From the NCBI GenBank assembly GCA_043228905.1, contig JBHGNT010000793.1, forward strand, positions 1-15,568: a stretch of DNA of 15,568 nt. Direction: 5' to 3'. The first letter of the stretch is position 1, and every line of letters starts with the position of its first letter. Positions 10,781-15,568 of this stretch are shown piece by piece. The notes beneath the pieces were generated by a model that searched no databases, was not told the DNA's origin, and was given only the letters and a program-made list of their open reading frames with translations. Source of the stretch: Azolla caroliniana (Eukaryota > Plantae > Polypodiophyta). The position numbers and the translations under genes are program-made.

Positions 10781-13305
10781 GTAATCTATTGGCTTTATGG
10801 GTATAGCACATCTTCATGCATTATTGAGGGTGAATTGACAGATTCATGGAGCTTAGCCAAATTAGTACGACAAGGTTGTCCTGTAAGTAGCAATGGGCAC
10901 GGTTCGGTTTCTTTGTCTTGAAACTGAACCGAACCGAAACCAAACTGTTTATTTCGAACATAAACCAAACCAAACTGTTTATGAACTCTTAGTATTTAAA
11001 CCAAACCATTTAAGAAAAAGTTGAAACCAAACCATTTAAAACCAAACCGTTTAGGGAAAAGTTGAAACCAAACTGAACCATTTAATAAAAAGTTTAAACC
11101 TAACCACTTAAGTTAAATTAATTAAACATTTAAATAAATAAAAATACATTAAATTAAATAAGTATTTAAGTTAAATCTATTAAATCAATAAAAGAAACTA
11201 TAATTAAACCATTTAATTAAATAAAAATTTAAGTTAAATTAATTAAATCAATAAAAAACCATTAATTAAACCATCAAATCAATAAACTATTAAGGTAAAA
11301 AAAATAGTTAACAAAAAACCTATAAACTTTTAAACCTTTAAACCAAACCTATAAACCTATAAACCCGAGTTTTAGAACCGAACCAAACCGTTTATTGAAA
11401 ATCTAAACCAAACCAAACCATTAATTTTTTTTGGAACCAATAAACCGTTAAGCCATGGCTTAACGGTTCGGTTCGGTTTGAGCCAAAACCGTGCCCATTG
11501 CTACCTGTAAGTGCATTGTTGTATGCAATCACAACTCATCCACTACTATTGTACATGGATCATCTAGTATTAATTGGTCAACTTCACGGTTTGCAAATGA
11601 AAGACGTACATGATTTCGTGGCTCAGGCATATGCAGATGATACATCATTCCTATCACAAAACAATCCAAATGATATGAGGGTGATTATGGATGCCCTCAA
11701 ATTGTATGGATTAGTTGCTAGATTGCATGTTAACTTCAACAAGTCCAAACTTCTACCCTTGACACCATATAGTTGGCATCAACTTTTGTGGTTCGGTCAA
11801 GTTGTTAGCCCAAATGAAATGGTTAGACATCTTGGCTATCCATTGGGATGGAATGCAACAGGGAAAAGAAAGGCTAAATGGGTTCTGCAAAAAGTGAGAC
11901 AAGCTAAGCTATTGGAAGATTGCAACATGGCCACTCCATGTCAGATTGTGGATAGTGCAATTATATTCATGGCTTACATGCAATATTACTTAATTATGAT
12001 TGATTGGCCGAAACACATGATACAAAAGATTAACTCAGAAATTATAAGCAGCTTTTGGTGCTCTAAGCAGTCGCATAGAGGTATACGACTCCCATCACTA
12101 GAGAAGATATGGACTCCACGATTGAGTGGAGGGCTAAATATTCTTAATTTGCTTTTGCATATGTTGGCTAGAAAAGCTACTTTATTGCTAAAATTTGCCG
12201 AACAAACATTGCCTTGGGCAAGAATGCTATCTTATATGTTTGATCATTTGAAAACCAAGTCATTTGGCTCATGGGATACTAACCATTGGGATGTAGTGTT
12301 TGGAAAGCTTGATGGGCACATCGAAGGCTGCTCGTTTAGCTCAAAACTTCTAAAGCACTTGAAGGAAGTATTGCACCACATAAAATGGAGAGGTAGGAAT
12401 TCAGAATCAGGGAACTCTTTACGCCTCGAAAGCTTACACTAGAGTGCTATATTCCCACAGTCACTAACTGAACAAGAGCATAGGAAAGCTTATGTTTTTG
12501 CAAAGAAGGGGCTGAAATCAATTGCAGATGTGGTAAATGACCGAGGTCACTTATTGCACTTCAATGACATGACATGTTGTTATAGTCTTGGGCCACATCA
12601 TCGTGTTATTTGGAATCAAGTCACAAAGTTGGTACTTTCCTTAGTACTTGCGCCACCTCTTGATGGAGATCGCAGGATTCATGATTGGATGTTACAAAAA
12701 GGGAACATTGTTATTCCAATGCATAACATTACAACACATTCAGTGTATGTATTGTTGCAACCTGTCCCATGGTTTCACGAACATGCAAATGCATTATGGA
12801 ATCTACACAAAATGTAGTCTTGGTGGAAAAACAAGGTTACAAGCTTATGGAGCTCTGGTCTTCCACTTAAGCAACGGGTATTCTTATGGAGATGCCTATT
12901 GGGTGTGCTCCCGACTGGGTCAAATCTTCAAAAGAGATCGATAACCTCACCTCATTGTGGAAGATGTGGTGGACGATTGGAAACGGTCCCACACTTATTA
13001 TGGACGTGCTCATTCACTACAATATTTGTACAAAGACTAAGTGCATCTTTTTATCAAAGATTTCCTGGCCGAAGGTTTGGCAAACACTTTTGGATATTTG
13101 GACAAATTCCACACTCCCTATCCAACAATGCCTATTTTGGGCACTCTGGACCATTTGGACAACCCGCAATAATAAGGTCTTTGATGGGAACCAACTGCAT
13201 GAAGTTAGCTTCTTTAAGCAATCCCTCAGGCAATCTCTATTTGATTGTCTGCAACTTAGAGACATCACACTACAAATTTACAATCTTTACTTTGAGTTCT
13301 TTTAA
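10781..13305 (+). pseudogene. LINE ORF2 C-terminal half (RT plus zf-RVT), disrupted
   Basis: ORFs 11498-12442, 12530-12817 and 12899- share one frame, separated by single TAG stops (12440, 12815). There is a frameshift near 13125 into the frame ending at 13305. The N-terminal part lies before the MITE. Confidence 0.9.
10888..11503. mobile_element. hAT-type MITE (616 bp)
   Basis: Perfect 17-bp TIRs TAGCAATGGGCACGGTT (10888-10904 / 11487-11503). 8-bp TSD CCTGTAAG (10880-10887, 11504-11511). AACC(G/A) subterminal repeats, AT-rich core, no ORF. Confidence 0.95.
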
Positions 13306-13819
13306 GCTCTTTAGTGTCTGATCGACACTTGTATATTTTTCTTTATTCTTTGTGGGTTTTCACATCACTTTGAGGTTTCCCACTAGTAATAAAAGTGTTA
13401 CTAAAAACAAAGAACTATGTGTAGAGAAGGACAATAGTACATTGATTTCATCCAGGAGAAACAAAAACAATGCACAACCAATGAATTTAGCAATCTCATC
13501 TTAGATAAGTTAGAAGAATGGGTGTTTCCGTGCTAGAGAAAGTGACTCCACTAAAAGACATTAAGTTGTGTTGCCTATGACACATGGTGTGAATGAACCA
13601 CTAGTGTGATGGACTAGAATGCAATAAGAACTGAACGAGTAGGTTCATTGCAAAAGTAATGCAAGAGATCACTTCTTCAAAGATATTACAAGTAGGTTTG
13701 TGGTAGCCAACACTCTTTAAGCTTGTATGAAAGTATCTCTACGGTGGGTAATGGTTGGTGAGTTGCCTTCGTCGGTGACTTTTAAAAGCTCGCACATTTC
13801 ATCAGGTGGGATAAGTTTT

Positions 13820-14080
13820 CTTCTATAAAATGAGTGACGAGACTGCCAAGCACCTATTACCCGACCTTGCCTAGTTGTTGGATCCATGTAGGTCAGTTAT
13901 GTCACAACTTTTGGGCATTGTCAATAAAGGAAACCATTGTCATCCCCCTCCTTCTATAAAACGAGTGATGAGGTTGGTAGACCCCTATTTCCCGGCTTTC
14001 CCAGTTGCTGAATCCATATGGGTATGTTATATCACAACTTCTGGGCATTGTAAATACAAGAAACCATTATCAACCCCCTT
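13820..14080. repeat. Diverged tandem duplication, ~130-bp period, 2 copies
   Basis: CTTCTATAAAA.GAGTGA at 13820 and 13951. TCACAACTT.TGGGCATTGT at 13902 and 14032. GAAACCATT.TCA.CCCC ends both copies. Confidence 0.88.
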
Positions 14081-14452
14081 ATTGCAATGGGTTTTCATCC
14101 TAAAAGAGAAGAGAGCTTAATCATTCTAGCTCGTGTTAGGGCCATGTGTTCGACTACTTGAGGTATCACGGTACGTGGTATGTACGGTCGAGATGTGAGA
14201 GATGGGTGCTTATTCGATGGTCTTGACAAGGAACTGGCAGCACCATGAGAATGGATCCGACATCATCCCCCCCCCCCCCTCTTCTTTTTCCTGCAGCCAA
14301 GCTCAATGGGAGCTTAAATACTCCTAAAGCTTGGTGTTGGGAGAGGGTGCTCATGCCGAGATGCCGCCTAAAGAGGTGTACTACGGGAAGAGGTCCTTCG
14401 TGTTCTCTTGCTAGAGAGGAGATCCGTCGGAATTCAATCGGAAACACATGAG

Positions 14453-14875
14453 TAACAATTGGCAACGGTTCGGTTCGGTTTGAGAGGGTCCAAACCGTTT
14501 AATTTTTTTGAAACATGATCCAAACCGAACCGAACCACGAAACCGTTAAACCATGAAACCGTAAAAACTGCGGTTTTGTGGTTCGGTTTCGGTTTTCAAC
14601 ATAGGTCTAATTTGTAATTTGTAATTTTTTAAAATTTATAATATTTCATTATTTTTAATTTTTTAATTTTTTAAGAATGTGAGAATAAGGTCTAAAAATG
14701 AAAGGATTGTTTAAAAACAATTTTTTAAAAATTATATATATAAAAAAAAAAACTGTTAAATCGTTTAAACCGCGATTTCTGACTCTTGAAACCGAACCCG
14801 AACCCGAACTACTTTAAAAAACCTAAACCTGAACTGAACCGTTAAGCCGCGGAACTGAACCGTTGCCGATTGTTA
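14453..14875. mobile_element. hAT-type MITE (423 bp), related to the 10888-11503 element
   Basis: 24-bp TIRs with 2 mismatches (TAACAATTGGCAACGGTTCGGTTC / TAACAATCGGCAACGGTTCAGTTC). 8-bp TSD CACATGAG (14445-14452, 14876-14883). AACCG repeats, AT-rich core. Confidence 0.93.
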
Positions 14876-14884
14876 CACATGAGT

Positions 14885-14919
14885 CTTGACTTGACTTGGC
14901 TTGACCTGACTTGACCTGA
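14885..14919 (+). promoter_or_regulatory. (CTTGA)-like pentamer array containing four W-box cores
   Basis: TTGACT at 14886 and 14891, TTGACC at 14901 and 14911, about 160-190 bp upstream of the uricase ATG. Function is inferred only. Confidence 0.4.
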
Positions 14920-15002
14920 GCGTGCCTGCCTTTTTCTTCCTTCCGGGGGCTTACTCCTCCATCTTCATTTGTTTCAAAATTTGTTCTTCTTACAGGAAAA
15001 CC

Positions 15003-15066
15003 AAAGAAGAAAGAAAGAAAGAAAGAAGAAGAATCAGAAGAAGAATCAGAAGAAGAAGAGAAAAGA
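15003..15066 (+). repeat. Purine-rich (AAAG)n/(GAA)n tract, probable 5' UTR of uricase
   Basis: Direct reading; immediately precedes the ATG at 15079. Confidence 0.7.
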
Positions 15067-15078
15067 GCATCTAAGACG

Positions 15079-15297
15079 ATGGTATTGGGCGAACACAGGC
15101 ATGGGAAGTCCAGGGTCCGAATCGCCAGAGCTTGGAGAAGAACAATTCATGGACATGGTGATGGTGATGGTGATGGTGCTCACCCTCAGATCTTCGTTGA
15201 ATGGGGGGTCTCTGTTTTCCTCTCTTCCCATTGTGATCCTGCTTTCACTCTCGCGGACAACTCTGCCATCGTTGCCACCGATTCCATAAAAAATACA
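15079..15297 (+). CDS. UOX: Urate oxidase (uricase, nodulin-35 family), first coding exon; gene continues beyond window
   Basis: Translates as MVLGEHRHGKSRVRIARAWRRTIHGHGDGDGDGAHPQIFVEWGVSVFLSSHCDPAFTLADNSAIVATDSIKNT. This matches the plant uricase N-terminal pattern (RHGK.RVR.AR.W...VEW.V...DNS.IVATD..KNT), including the catalytic Lys and Thr. It is followed by a phase-0 GT at 15298 and T/C-rich sequence. Confidence 0.93.
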
Positions 15298-15568
15298 GTT
15301 AGATTTCCTCCTACCTTTCCTCACTTATTCCTTCCTTCCTGCTTTTTCCTTGATTCTGTGTCGTTAATTTTATATCCCCTCCCCCCCCTTTTCTTCTTTG
15401 TCATTCGTGCATCTTTTCCTCATGTTTTTGATTCATCTTTGTTTCGTTTGTTCTTGATTTATGGTTTTAATTTGATTCGCTTCCTTTTCTTTTCTCATTT
15501 GATCTGTCAATCATCCTTCTCCTCCTCCATTCCTTCATGTTTTGATTCGTCCTTTTTCTTTCCTTCCT
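15298..15568 (+). other. Intron 1 of uricase (partial)
   Basis: Donor ACA|GTTAGA. Protein similarity ends here. Extremely pyrimidine-rich; no acceptor or next exon seen in the window. Confidence 0.8.

Larger units (their letters stand above)
10781..13409 (+). mobile_element. 5'-truncated L1-clade LINE (non-LTR retrotransposon), interrupted by a MITE
   Basis: Perfect 15-bp TSD AAGAACTATGTGTAG at 10766-10780 and 13410-13424. AATAAA at 13388 with a short A-rich tail. RT motifs VRQGCP/VSALLY, AYADD, LHVNFNKS and RHLGYP. Terminal CCHC finger CGRC..ETVPHLLWTC, then LWTIWTTRNNKVF. Confidence 0.95.

Noticed and set aside
11315-11366. Telomere-like TAAACC repeats (also ~10238-10252)
   Set aside because: Not a true (CCCTAAA)n array; the main tract consists of degenerate MITE subterminal repeats.
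14969-15324. ORFs 14969-15289 (+) and 15046-15324 (-) as genes
   Set aside because: Low-complexity off-frame or antisense shadows of the uricase exon.

Overview
Eukaryotic, land-plant genomic DNA. It looks moss-like (Physcomitrium/Funariaceae), which is an inference from the retroelement flavours. About 14.4 kb is a stack of nested, decayed transposons. From left to right: a Gypsy-type LTR (5-499, minus); a cut end of another element (500-672); a Ty1/Copia element on the minus strand (5' LTR 3374-3668, tRNA-iMet PBS, gag-PR-INT, cut off at 673); a collapsed Gypsy remnant (3685-4500); an ancient Gypsy RT-RH-INT remnant (minus, ~4505-5950); an ancient Copia PR-INT remnant (plus, ~6150-7250); and a 5'-truncated L1-like LINE (10781-13409) with a 15-bp TSD. 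Two related hAT-type MITEs have 8-bp TSDs. One splits the LINE RT QGCP motif (10888-11503); the other (14453-14875) lies about 200 bp upstream of a host gene. The window ends in exon 1 and intron 1 of a urate oxidase (uricase) gene (ATG 15079), which the supplied ORF track misses. I found no convincing evidence of a wholly new biological system. The most interesting items are the TE nesting, the MITE family and the uricase promoter.
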